Shown piece after piece: positions 62,723-64,000 of a stretch of 64,000 bases of DNA. The notes under the pieces were generated by a model. That model did not search any database. It saw only the letters and a list, made by a program, of their open reading frames with translations, and was not told the origin of the DNA. The position numbers were made by a program, and so were the translations under genes. Each line of letters opens with the position of its first letter. Position 1 is the first letter of the stretch. The stretch comes from Obrimoposthia wandeli (Eukaryota). The stretch is from NCBI GenBank assembly GCA_977020255.1, contig CDROCS010003853.1, positions 186,001-250,000 of the forward strand, given 5' to 3'.

Positions 62723-63163
62723 TCAGAAATAAAACACCATATTGGCTTCACTCAAAGTCCAAAGAGACTGCATTTTCCCGTCATCAGCAAAATATACATT
62801 GAGACGTATTGAGATATTCCATAGTTCTTCATCTAAAATTGAAGCAATCAAATATCCTAGATTATCTCTAAAAGCCAGACTGGGATCAGTTTTAAGCTGG
62901 AAATAACTTCCTTCATATACATAATCAGGAATGTAAAATCCCAAAATATTTTTCAATTGATCAATATCAGATATTGCTAAAATTTTGATGAGATATTTAT
63001 TCTCCACTTTTGATATTTTCACAGGATTCATGGCTCGTATAATTTGATGCCTCTTTAATATATTACATAGTTTACCTTTTGAAATTCTTTCTGGATAATA
63101 AAAGTTTCCTACATATCTCAGAAGAGGATTCTTTCTAAAATAAGGAAACTGATTAAAAAACAA
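62723..63163 (-). CDS. Hypothetical 146-aa protein, head-to-head with the Maverick capsid fragment
   Basis: 441-nt open frame in very AT-rich DNA; no family recognised. Confidence 0.4.
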   Translation of the reverse strand: MFFNQFPYFRKNPLLRYVGNFYYPERISKGKLCNILKRHQIIRAMNPVKISKVENKYLIKILAISDIDQLKNILGFYIPDYVYEGSYFQLKTDPSLAFRDNLGYLIASILDEELWNISIRLNVYFADDGKMQSLWTLSEANMVFYF

Positions 63164-63654
63164 TGTTTATAAAAAAAATACATATACATCAAATTTTTGG
63201 TGATGTAAGATTACCGAAATTCGTTTTAATTTCTTTTCAAAAAACTGCAAAGTTTCTAAGAAATTATACGAAAGATGTAACTCAATTTGACAATCTTAAT
63301 GTAGGTTCAGTGACACTTTCAATAAATACTGATTATCGTGAAACATATAAAACAGATTTCGAAGGTAACACTTATGCCTTGGCTTATACGCAATCTATTA
63401 TTTGGAATTTGGGTCAACTAGATAAAAATATAAACGATAGTATTTATTTCACATAGTTTAAAATCAGTTGTCCGTTCTTCACATTTATTTTGACACCAGA
63501 CTTTGATATAAACCAATGCCAACTACCAAAGGATGGAAATTTACGACTAGAAATTAAGTTCAATGCAGCTTTAACACATCCTACTACAGTGCTCATTTAC
63601 GGAGTATTTGATTCGGAAATACAAATCAATAAAAACAAAACTGTCATATTATAG
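63163..63654 (+). pseudogene. Maverick/Polinton major capsid protein (double jelly-roll), C-terminal part, one internal stop
   Basis: RLPKFVLISF...LTPDF...GNLRLEIKFNAALTHPTTVLIYGVFDSEIQINKNK, typical Polinton MCP C-terminus. Confidence 0.9.
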
Positions 63655-63655
63655 A

Positions 63656-64000
63656 ATGAAGTAAGACATTTTTTAAATTTATATTTTTAAATTTTTATTT
63701 AGTTCAGTTCAAGTACAAGAATCACCAGAGAAGGTCCTGGGTGATAAATTCAATGAAGTTTATCGTATTGATATGATTCAAATTTTTCAATCTGAAGGTT
63801 ACATTATCAATTATCATACTTCAAATTTACCGGGAGAACATTGGATAGCTATTTATGTTAGAGAGTGGACAATACATGTATTTGATCCACTTGCAATGTA
63901 TTATCCACACAAACTTGTTTCGACTATTCAAAAAGGACGAAGAAGAGTATTTTACAACAAGATACAATATCAGGATCCAGCGTCGAGAAACTGTGGACAT
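63656..64000 (+). CDS. Maverick adenain-like cysteine protease, with a predicted 42-nt intron (63661-63702); runs off the window
   Basis: Spliced MNSVQVQE...LPGEHWIAIY...VFDPL...QYQDPASRNCGH contains the H/D/Q/C catalytic motifs. Confidence 0.88.

Noticed and set aside
1200-64000. One giant Maverick spanning the window
   Set aside because: The two Maverick blocks are in opposite orientation, no TIRs were found, and intact host genes lie between them.

Overview
This is AT-rich eukaryotic DNA from an invertebrate animal, with short GT-AG introns. I found no prokaryotic features, CRISPR arrays, or rRNA/tRNA genes. There are two host genes: an intronless two-TM TMEM200-like gene (13.6-14.4 kb, minus) and a three-exon 26S proteasome subunit PSMD3/Rpn3 (45.8-50.3 kb, plus). 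The rest is mostly nested, decayed mobile DNA: a ~6.7 kb tandem duplication with Maverick/Polinton, foldback, piggyBac and LINE debris; hAT, MULE/FLYWCH, pogo-like and Kolobok-like DNA transposons; several Ty3/Gypsy elements and solo LTRs; and Maverick capsid and protease genes at the right edge. The standout is a Ty3/Gypsy lineage, best seen as a full-length 12,485 bp element (28841-41325, minus; 4-bp ATTA TSD; tRNA-Trp-like PBS). It combines three unusual traits: (i) a chuvirus-like class III glycoprotein placed BETWEEN gag and pol; (ii) a 3' accessory module of an unknown ORF plus an ISG20/REX4-type DEDDh exonuclease; (iii) a pseudoknotted type I hammerhead ribozyme in the U3 of the LTR, on the ANTISENSE strand. 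Each trait recurs in other, diverged elements in this window (2 glycoprotein copies, 3 exonuclease copies, 4 hammerheads in 3 LTR types), so these look like lineage-wide traits and not one-off captures. All protein family calls come from motif recognition by eye; no database search was run.
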